Assembly: GCA_965662845.1 (NCBI GenBank)
Contig: CBFIJD010000004.1
Coordinates: forward strand, 20,986 to 84,985
Reading direction: 5' to 3'
Source: an uncultured bacterium
Lineage (GTDB): Bacteria > SAR324 > NAC60-12
Length of the DNA: 64,000 nucleotides
Shown: in pieces, positions 57,071-64,000 of the stretch
Layout of the letters: each line of letters starts with the position of its first letter
Numbering within the stretch: the first letter of the stretch is position 1
Made by a program: the position numbers and the translations under genes
The notes under the pieces: generated by a model
Told to the model about the DNA's origin: nothing
Database searches by the model: none
Seen by the model: only the letters and a program-made list of their open reading frames with translations

Positions 57071-57823
57071 TTATTTTCTTCGCAAAAGGATGGTAGGCAA
57101 GTGCAGCTGGTCGCTTTTATAGTCTCCTGTGAGCAGATACATGCCTAGATTCACATAAAATCGTAGCGCCAGCTCGGTGTCTGGGCGGTTGTTGTTCACG
57201 CGGACGGCGCTCTGAGCCAGATTTGACCACGCCAACCGTGGCGAACGATTGAAGATCATGATGTAGCGATCATTTTGCTCCAGCAAGCGAATTGGGACAC
57301 CTTCACTCCCTAACAGCATTCGCTTTTCGAGCAGATAGAAGCTGAAGGAGAGCACGTCGCTGCGCCGCAACGGTATCCACTCGGCGTCTCTATAGATCTG
57401 CAGAGCCCACGCTTCCCACGCTCGCTCACGCTCGGAGCTCAATGTCTCGCAATAATCCATAAAGAGCGTCCCTCCTCGCGCGAAAAAGTCTCGCCAGCGC
57501 CAGCGCTCCTGCGGCGTCACCTCGGGCGGGGTCTCGCAGAGAGGCAGGTGCAAGAAGGGGTAGTCCGTGAGTTGGGTCTGCGTCCACGATAGCCACTGTT
57601 GGCTGGACGCCATCCGGATCGTCGTTCGGCCTTCAATCGCGCGTTTCACTCTGGGGATCGGTCTTTCTGGAGGCGGGGCATCCGAGAGCACAAGGGAGCG
57701 CCAAGTCAGCTGGTCGCCAGTTACCCAGTCGGATGCTTCATGAGGGAAGTTGCTTTGAGCCGTTGCGAAGGGCACCCCTTGGAGCCCCGCAAGGAGGAGA
57801 GTGAGCAAGAAGAGGCGCAACAA
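57071..57823 (-). CDS. DUF4159-like exported protein
   Basis: Signal peptide; LTDYPFLHLP, F.RGG.LF.D, ALRFYVNL..Y.LTGDYKSDQLH; TTG start at 57823 or 57820 inferred. Confidence 0.7.
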   Translation of the reverse strand: MLRLFLLTLLLAGLQGVPFATAQSNFPHEASDWVTGDQLTWRSLVLSDAPPPERPIPRVKRAIEGRTTIRMASSQQWLSWTQTQLTDYPFLHLPLCETPPEVTPQERWRWRDFFARGGTLFMDYCETLSSERERAWEAWALQIYRDAEWIPLRRSDVLSFSFYLLEKRMLLGSEGVPIRLLEQNDRYIMIFNRSPRLAWSNLAQSAVRVNNNRPDTELALRFYVNLGMYLLTGDYKSDQLHLPTILLRRK

Positions 57824-57827
57824 GCGT

Positions 57828-58040
57828 TTAAGACCGTCGCAAGAAGTATTCACCGAACCCAGACCACTTGTCAGACTTGTCGGGCATGCGGTTGGCGCTG
57901 GGCGCGGTCTCCGTTTCTTCGGGCCCATTCAGCAGCCAGTCACGGAAAGATTTCTGTTCTTCATCATCGCGAAAGGTTTGGATCACAGACACCAATTTTT
58001 CTACGTCCGCAGGGTCTTTAACGGAGTTTGTTTGGCTCAT
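57828..58040 (-). CDS. Hypothetical protein (70 aa)
   Basis: Fills the gap between co-oriented genes with spacings of 4 and 10 nt. Confidence 0.5.
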   Translation of the reverse strand: MSQTNSVKDPADVEKLVSVIQTFRDDEEQKSFRDWLLNGPEETETAPSANRMPDKSDKWSGFGEYFLRRS

Positions 58041-58050
58041 TGAGAATGTC

Positions 58051-58242
58051 CTATCGAGAAGAGTTACGTAGTTGCCATTTGCGTCTCAGCTCATCCCGCA
58101 AGAAGCGGTAAACAAAAAACCCGCTCAGACCGGCGAGTGAGGCACCCGCCACCACGGCGACGAGTCCTCCGCCGTAAACCGCAATCGCGATTCCTAACAA
58201 CAAAAAAGGGACCAAACAAATGATGATCAGCGCTTCGATCAT
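58051..58242 (-). CDS. Small two-TM membrane protein (63 aa)
   Basis: Two hydrophobic segments followed by a basic tail. Confidence 0.6.
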   Translation of the reverse strand: MIEALIIICLVPFLLLGIAIAVYGGGLVAVVAGASLAGLSGFFVYRFLRDELRRKWQLRNSSR

Positions 58243-58251
58243 GAGGCGACT

Positions 58252-58368
58252 TTAATCTTTGTTGAGGAATTTCTCCTCATACCAATAGACGCCCAGCCCG
58301 AGCGCGATGGGGACAATAAAGACGAAGAAGAAGATGAGGAAGACGAGATAGGCCGATGTGAATGTCAT
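58252..58368 (-). CDS. Small single-TM protein (38 aa)
   Basis: AAGGA RBS then MTFTSAYLVFLIFFFVFIVPIALGLGVYWYEEKFLNKD*. Confidence 0.6.
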   Translation of the reverse strand: MTFTSAYLVFLIFFFVFIVPIALGLGVYWYEEKFLNKD

Positions 58369-58470
58369 AATTCCTTGTCGTGAGTGAGGTCAATTGTGTG
58401 ACACAATGCTGTCATCCTGACAAAGAACGCAGGGAGTTGCTAGTAAAAAACGTCATTGACAGGGGATTTC

Positions 58471-58758
58471 ATGCACCAAACACAGGATTGGTATGGCTTG
58501 GGGTGGGCAGTTTTTCGGGCGGAGGGACGGGGCATTGGGGAGGAGTATTTGCCTCCTTTAAAAAACACGGAGGCGCAGGCGGAGTGGCTCGCAGGGTTCC
58601 TCGCGGCGCGCATCGACCAACCAGAGACGCCTCACTGGGGAATCTCTCCGCCTCGCTCGGCTCTCACGGAGCTAGAGAGCGCGCTGGCAGACTTCCCCCA
58701 GTGTTTGGAAGCGCTCCGGCAGACCTTTCGGCGCGAAGGCTGGCTGGAGGGAGTTTAA
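58471..58758 (+). CDS. Hypothetical protein (95 aa)
   Basis: AGGGGA RBS, ATG 58471; WYGLGW..F..EG, QAEWLAGF. Confidence 0.55.
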   Translation: MHQTQDWYGLGWAVFRAEGRGIGEEYLPPLKNTEAQAEWLAGFLAARIDQPETPHWGISPPRSALTELESALADFPQCLEALRQTFRREGWLEGV

Positions 58759-59078
58759 GACGCTTGGGGCATCAACCGCTTCAGTGACTCTTCTAACTGC
58801 GGAGCCATGCTCTCGGCCATCCCGAAAGACTCGGAAGACGCAACACGGAACTGCTCATTCATGGCCCGCATGACCGCATACGTGTCGGCCAACACTTTGG
58901 TCTGTACTTCGCGGATGATCGGCAGATACATCTGCAAACCTGGAATGTTCTCTAGGCTCTGGTAGCTCAACTCCAAAATCTGCTTGTTTAGCTCCTCATT
59001 TACATCCACGCCTTGATCTGCGTAGTCCTGCATCATTCTGTACACGTTTCGGGTCGTATCAATGATATTTTGCTGCAT
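58755..59078 (-). CDS. Phasin-like helical protein (paralogue of 44846-45124)
   Basis: GGAG RBS; shared E.E..K.....Y...E.I.....Y.....E.Q......Y.V.RA...Q pattern. Confidence 0.65.
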   Translation of the reverse strand: MQQNIIDTTRNVYRMMQDYADQGVDVNEELNKQILELSYQSLENIPGLQMYLPIIREVQTKVLADTYAVMRAMNEQFRVASSESFGMAESMAPQLEESLKRLMPQAS

Positions 59079-59150
59079 TTGAGTTCTCCAAGAAGGGGGA
59101 AGAAGGGTGCACTGATCTTATGGAAAGAGACGATAATATGATTTTTGTCG

Positions 59151-59170
59151 AATTGCAAGTAAAATTGCAA
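59151..59170. promoter_or_regulatory. AATTGCAA-N4-AATTGCAA direct repeat upstream of phasin-like gene B
   Basis: Matches 45214-45233. Confidence 0.55.
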
Positions 59171-59214
59171 AAAACTCCCATTCCACCTAACTAAAAGCGC
59201 CGATCTGTGAACAT

Positions 59215-59751
59215 TTACAGATAAGGAAGCGCCATCGCCCAGGCCGCCAAGGTCATCCCATCCCAAATTTCCCGCGCCTGCACCATCCCACGAAAGGCTT
59301 CCGCAGACACGCTGGCAACTTCAAACTCTTCTGTCACATCTCCTGCGCGTGGGTTGGGTTGCAATTCGGTAGCGAGGTAGACCGAGCACAGTTCATCCAC
59401 GACGCCATTGCAAGGATTGAAGACCCCGATCGCTGTCAAGTTTTTCGCTTCACAGCCGGTTTCTTCGCGCAGTTCTTCCAGCGCAGTTTGTGTGAAAGAG
59501 CTGCCCACTTTCACACCACCGCAGGGAAACTCCCAGCTCTCGCGATCGTTGAGGTAGCGATACTGCTTCACGAGCATCAGCTTGCCCGCTGGATTCAGAG
59601 GCACAACCATGCTGGAGCCGCGCGTGTGTACGTAATGATATTCTCGCGAGACCCCATCTCCGATTTCAAAATGGCGCAAGCGATATTCCCACCACGGGTT
59701 CTCTGCCACGAGCTGTTCATCGAGTGTCTTCCAGTGTTTCAGAGTATTCAT
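59215..59751 (-). CDS. NUDIX hydrolase (ADP-ribose pyrophosphatase-like)
   Basis: LVKQYRY, WEFPCGG, Nudix box variant G-x5-S-x7-EELREETG. Confidence 0.88.
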   Translation of the reverse strand: MNTLKHWKTLDEQLVAENPWWEYRLRHFEIGDGVSREYHYVHTRGSSMVVPLNPAGKLMLVKQYRYLNDRESWEFPCGGVKVGSSFTQTALEELREETGCEAKNLTAIGVFNPCNGVVDELCSVYLATELQPNPRAGDVTEEFEVASVSAEAFRGMVQAREIWDGMTLAAWAMALPYL

Positions 59752-59877
59752 TGGGGTGCTTTTTATCTGTGTTGCCTAAGATACAATCGCATTGCGATTG
59801 CGTGGAAGGGGTGGTTTGTTAGCGGGATTGTTCTCATCCGCCCGTAACTTCCAGAAGCTTATCACCCCCAGATTTGT

Positions 59878-62800
59878 ATGCTCCTGCGACGTATCCAAGC
59901 CAGCTCAATGAGCCTGAAGTGGAAGGTCCTCTGGCTGACCTCAGGCTTCCTCGCTCTTGGCGTTCTCACGCCCAGTCTCATCATCTCGCTCTACCTCTAC
60001 CAGAAAGCGCAAACCGAGCAAGAGACCTTCTGGAAAAATCGCTACCAAGCCGAAGAGGCTCACCTGCGGCAACTCACCGACACGGTGGTCTCTACGCTCC
60101 AGCAAGAGCACGCCCAGCTCCAACACCCCGAGCGCTTCCGCCAAATAGTAGAAGCCGAACTCCGACCGACGCTTGAGATCGCTTTTGCCCTCGTGCAGGA
60201 GCTCCACACCGAGAATCGCTCCACAGCGGCTTCTTTTTCCCCTGATGAAGCAATCGAGCACAGCGGGGCGATGTCTGTTTTGCGCAAAATGCACGGCATT
60301 CTGGGCAATGAGAATTACCTCTGGATTCACCAGTTTAACCCCCAAGACCTCAGCTCTGGCGTCCTGCTGATGCACCCTCAACTGCGTCACTTAGAAGGGA
60401 CTGATCTCAAGACCTTTCGGGCACCGAATGGCTGGTTTTCGCCCGCGCTCGGCAGCAACGTTGGAGAGACCTTTGTAGAGGTGATGAATCACACCGTCGC
60501 GCAACAGGAAGAAGGCTTGGTGCGCTACCTTTGGCCCGTGGAACAACCCAACGGTGAGGTCAAAATGGAAGAGAAATGGAGCCTTGTGCGCATCTTCCGT
60601 CCGTGGAATTGGGTCATCGGTATCGGAATCTTGCGCTCTGACTTGGAGCAAATCATCCAGCGCGCTGCGCTCCAACAAATTCGTGGGCTCCGCTTTGGAG
60701 AAAACCTCCAAGACTACTTTTGGGTGCACTCTTACGACAAAGCTCGTCTCGACAACCCCATCTTGCTCATGCACCCCGCGCTACCAGCCTTAGAAGGCTC
60801 CGACCTCTCAACCTACGCCTATCCAACAGGGCCCCGCAAAGGGCAACTGGTGCTGGCGCGGGATGTCCCCGGAGAGGTGCCCTTCGTCGTGCACATGAAC
60901 CGCCTCGCTAGCGTAGACGGCGAAGGCTTTGTGGAATACGACTGGCCGCACACAGAAGACAACAGCACTTTCGAGCATGTCCCCAAGCTAGGATATGTGC
61001 GCTTGTTTGAGCCGTGGAACTGGGTCATTGGCACTGGGAGCCATCTCCATGCCTTAGAGACAGAAGCCGCGCAGCACGCAGCGTCCGCCCGCCAAGAGCT
61101 GCAAGTCATCTTGGGAGTGGTGGCCGTGACCGTCCTCGTGCTGCTGCTGATGGGCGTTGGCGCCAGCTGGTTCCTCTCACAGTTTCTGGTTGCGCCTGTC
61201 CGCCGTTTGGAGCGATTTGCACGAGAACTGCGCGCCGATGCGCTCTATCAGCGGGTAGAAATCGAACAACACGATGAGATCGGTGAGCTGGCCGAAGCGA
61301 TGAACTCCATGCTCGAACGCATGGACCGCGCGCACATTCAGGAAGAACTCGCCTTGCAGCGGCTGCGAGACACCGACCGACAGCGCGACGAGTTCTTGTC
61401 CATCACCTCCGGCGAGCTGCGGCAACCGCTCGATGGCATCATCGGCTTAGGCGGGATTCTCTTGGCAGGCAGCGCAGGCCCTCTGCCCCCGCTGGCTGAA
61501 CGCAATGTCTCGATGATGGTGCACAGCGCCAGACGCCTCACCAATCTGGTGCACAATCTCATCGACTTTAGCCTGCTGAAAAACAAAGAGCTGCGCCTGC
61601 AACCACGGGCTCTGCCTCTGCGCCCGATGGTGCAGCTGGTGTTCAGCCTGAGCAGCCAACTCGCGCACGAGAAAAACCTCGCGCTCATCAACGACGTCTC
61701 CCCTAGCACCTTCCCCGTGAACGCCGACAAAGAGCGGCTCCAACAAATCTTGCTGAACCTTGTCAGCAACGCGATCAAGTTCACAGCCCAAGGGAACGTG
61801 CGCGTCTCCGCCGAGCTGCACCAAGGCATGATGGAAATCTTGGTGAGTGACACCGGCGTGGGCATTTCTCCAGAAAAGCAAGCCCTCCTCTTGCGCTCTT
61901 CTCTCGATGACACACGCCAGATCACCGCCTCAGAGGCCAACACCAACAAAGTCCGTGGCATCGGGCTGATTATCACGCGACAACTGGTCGAGCTGCACGG
62001 AGGAGTGCTCTCCGTGGAGTCCACGCTCGGCCAAGGCTCCACTTTCCGTTTCACCCTCCCGTTGGCCAGCGAACACACGGCGCTCCAAACCTTCGATAGC
62101 AGCCAACAGCCCACCTTGGCTCATGAACAAGAAGTCGCCCGCGTCGTCTCCGCACGTCAGACCCAAGCTGAGTCCTCTGGCGTGAGACCCGCGGCCATCT
62201 CCGCTGAGATCTTAGAACAAGTTGAAAGCAGTGACCTCGCCGCCGCCAGCGCAGAAGCCCGCATTTTGATCCTGGAAGATGACCCCGTGAACCAGCAGCT
62301 CTTAGAGAACTACATGAAGCTGCAACATTACCAAGTGGACAAAGCCTTCAGCGGTGAAGAAGGCCTCCGACAACTGGAAGAAGCCACCCAAGCTGGCAAG
62401 GACTATGACCTCGTTTTGCTCAGCGCCATCCTGCCGCACATGACCGGCTATGACTTCTGTCGCCAACTCCGTGAAGAATTTGGCCCGCACGAGCTGCCCG
62501 TGATTCTGCTGACCTCCGACAGCAAGGTCTCTGATCTCGTGACCGCCTTTGAGGCCGGCGCGAACGACTACCTCACCAAGCCCTTTGTCAAAGAAGAGCT
62601 GCTGGTTCGCGTGATGAACCTCATCCAACTCACCCGCCTGCATCGCTCCCTCCGAGACAGCGAAGCGGACTTGCGCAACCTCAACAGCGAACTAGAGCAG
62701 CTCAACCGCGAATTAGAAGCGCGGGTTCTGAAGCGCACTCAAGAATTGGAGACGGCCTTCCATCAACAAAAAGAGCTCAATATCCAGTTGCAGAGCACGC

Positions 62801-63786
62801 AGGAACAGCTCGTCCTCTCTGAGAAGATGGCCGCCCTTGGGCAGCTCGTGGCTAATGTCGCGCATGAGGTCAACACTCCGCTCGGCGCAATCCGCTCTTC
62901 CTCCGAGGGGCTGTTAGAGACGCTGCCCGAAGTTTTGCAAAAGCTGCCCGAGTTCTTCCGGTTGCTGCCCGCCGAGTTGGTCCCTGTGCTGCAAAAGCTG
63001 TTAGAAGACGCGCTGCACGCCCAGCGCAATCTAAGCTCTCGCGAAGAGCGCAAACTGCGCAAAGAGCTGCGCAAAGAGCTGGAAGCGCGCTATGGCGAAG
63101 AGGCCACATTTCTCGCTGAACACTTGGTGAGTATGGGCCTGCGCGAGTGGGAGCCGTATCAGCTCTTGTGGGAGCACTCCCTGCGCCGAGAGTTGATGCA
63201 GATGGCGTATCGCCTGTCGCAGTTTCAGCGCAGTGTGCAGCTGATTTTCACCGCAACCGAAAAAGCTGCGAAGGTCGTCTATGCGCTCAAAATCTACTCC
63301 CGCGCCGGATCACAAACCGAATTGACCCAAGTTCAGTTGGTCGACGGCATCGAAACCGTCCTGACGATCTTTCACAACCAACTGAAGAAAGGCGTTGAGG
63401 TCATCCGCGAATTTGAAGACGTGCCCCCGGTGCAGTGCTTTGAGGACGAACTCAACCAAGTCTGGACCAATCTGATCCAAAACGCGCTACAGGCGATGCA
63501 ATACCAAGGAGAGCTGCGCATTGGCCTGCAGCAGCAGGGGCCAGACCTGCTTATACACATCAGCGACAACGGCCCAGGCATCTCACCCGAAGTGCAAGCG
63601 CGGATCTTTGAGCCCTTTTTCACCACCAAAAAAGCGGGGGAAGGGAGCGGTCTTGGCCTCGACATCGTGCGCAAAATTGTGCGCAAGCATTACGGAGAGA
63701 TTTCAGTGCAAAGTGAACCAGGAGCCACGACCTTCACGGTGCGGCTGCCCTTAGATTTGGCCGCCCGCATCGAGAGCGCCAATTGA
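59878..63786 (+). CDS. Cache-HAMP-HK(degenerate)-REC(degenerate)-HK hybrid sensor kinase
   Basis: Repeated Cache units (YLW..EK.S.V..F.PWNWVIG; Y.W....K.G.V..F.PWNWVIG), HAMP, TSGELRQP, HATPase, REC LLSAILP, AHEVNTP, intact second HATPase. Confidence 0.93.
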   Translation: MLLRRIQASSMSLKWKVLWLTSGFLALGVLTPSLIISLYLYQKAQTEQETFWKNRYQAEEAHLRQLTDTVVSTLQQEHAQLQHPERFRQIVEAELRPTLEIAFALVQELHTENRSTAASFSPDEAIEHSGAMSVLRKMHGILGNENYLWIHQFNPQDLSSGVLLMHPQLRHLEGTDLKTFRAPNGWFSPALGSNVGETFVEVMNHTVAQQEEGLVRYLWPVEQPNGEVKMEEKWSLVRIFRPWNWVIGIGILRSDLEQIIQRAALQQIRGLRFGENLQDYFWVHSYDKARLDNPILLMHPALPALEGSDLSTYAYPTGPRKGQLVLARDVPGEVPFVVHMNRLASVDGEGFVEYDWPHTEDNSTFEHVPKLGYVRLFEPWNWVIGTGSHLHALETEAAQHAASARQELQVILGVVAVTVLVLLLMGVGASWFLSQFLVAPVRRLERFARELRADALYQRVEIEQHDEIGELAEAMNSMLERMDRAHIQEELALQRLRDTDRQRDEFLSITSGELRQPLDGIIGLGGILLAGSAGPLPPLAERNVSMMVHSARRLTNLVHNLIDFSLLKNKELRLQPRALPLRPMVQLVFSLSSQLAHEKNLALINDVSPSTFPVNADKERLQQILLNLVSNAIKFTAQGNVRVSAELHQGMMEILVSDTGVGISPEKQALLLRSSLDDTRQITASEANTNKVRGIGLIITRQLVELHGGVLSVESTLGQGSTFRFTLPLASEHTALQTFDSSQQPTLAHEQEVARVVSARQTQAESSGVRPAAISAEILEQVESSDLAAASAEARILILEDDPVNQQLLENYMKLQHYQVDKAFSGEEGLRQLEEATQAGKDYDLVLLSAILPHMTGYDFCRQLREEFGPHELPVILLTSDSKVSDLVTAFEAGANDYLTKPFVKEELLVRVMNLIQLTRLHRSLRDSEADLRNLNSELEQLNRELEARVLKRTQELETAFHQQKELNIQLQSTQEQLVLSEKMAALGQLVANVAHEVNTPLGAIRSSSEGLLETLPEVLQKLPEFFRLLPAELVPVLQKLLEDALHAQRNLSSREERKLRKELRKELEARYGEEATFLAEHLVSMGLREWEPYQLLWEHSLRRELMQMAYRLSQFQRSVQLIFTATEKAAKVVYALKIYSRAGSQTELTQVQLVDGIETVLTIFHNQLKKGVEVIREFEDVPPVQCFEDELNQVWTNLIQNALQAMQYQGELRIGLQQQGPDLLIHISDNGPGISPEVQARIFEPFFTTKKAGEGSGLGLDIVRKIVRKHYGEISVQSEPGATTFTVRLPLDLAARIESAN

Positions 63787-63846
63787 CTTTGCCGCGTTTC
63801 TGCTGCACGTTGATGCGCTTCTTTATCTCCTCCATGCAAGCCACAC

Positions 63847-64000
63847 ATGAACGCTGCCGAACGCCTGCGACAACTCATCTCTGAACTACGCGCGGCCTCA
63901 CCTCACCCTGCCCCCTCTTCTGCACCGCACACCTCCGGATCTCCTTTCGCACAATGCTTACAGCGGCTTGATTTTGAAGCCGAGCAGCCTCGGCCGCGCG
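63847..64000 (+). CDS. Partial ORF running off the window end
   Basis: MNAAERLRQLISELRAASP..., no stop before 64000. Confidence 0.4.
   Translation, partial: MNAAERLRQLISELRAASPHPAPSSAPHTSGSPFAQCLQRLDFEAEQPRPR

Noticed and set aside
59215-59751. Variant Nudix box as a novel inactive enzyme
   Set aside because: The metal-binding EE.G core is intact and such substitutions are common in the family.
1-64000. tRNA, rRNA, integrase or transposase genes
   Set aside because: No cloverleaf or T-loop context, rRNA signature, or DDE/tyrosine/serine recombinase motif was recognised by eye; a tRNAscan or Rfam run would be needed to exclude them formally.

Overview
A GC-rich Gram-negative bacterial chromosome segment (LpxB, Tol-Pal, CheY, RecN, RibBA). 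The gene content is compatible with a deltaproteobacterium or SAR324-like organism, but that is inference only. Layout: (1) 1-5.1 kb holds two c-type cytochromes, a RAPP-ended leader ORF, an SsuA/TauA-type ABC importer and a PCu(A)C copper chaperone. (2) 5.1-8.3 kb is a head-to-head pair of paralogous unknown coiled-coil proteins. (3) 8.5-22.3 kb is a 13-gene uncharacterised catabolic cluster: four SnoaL/NTF2 proteins, an amidohydrolase, a sugar-type ABC transporter whose ATPase has an in-frame TAA at codon 5, a cupin, a MetE-like Zn enzyme, an RraA-like protein, a HisD-like dehydrogenase and an SDR. (4) 22.2-24.3 kb is a 1.63-kb foreign cassette (AAA ATPase plus a truncated TOPRIM-like gene) between 218-bp direct repeats. 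(5) 24-59.8 kb is mostly housekeeping, but includes a NadD-CinA/PncC fusion, a stand-alone RibD reductase, a degenerate DnaA paralogue, a Moco riboswitch before moaA, several unannotated small membrane ORFs, and two phasin-like paralogues sharing an upstream motif. (6) 59.9-63.8 kb is a tandem hybrid histidine kinase whose first His and receiver Asp are both substituted. No rRNA, tRNA, CRISPR array, integrase or transposase was recognised. All family calls come from motif recognition by eye, not database searches.
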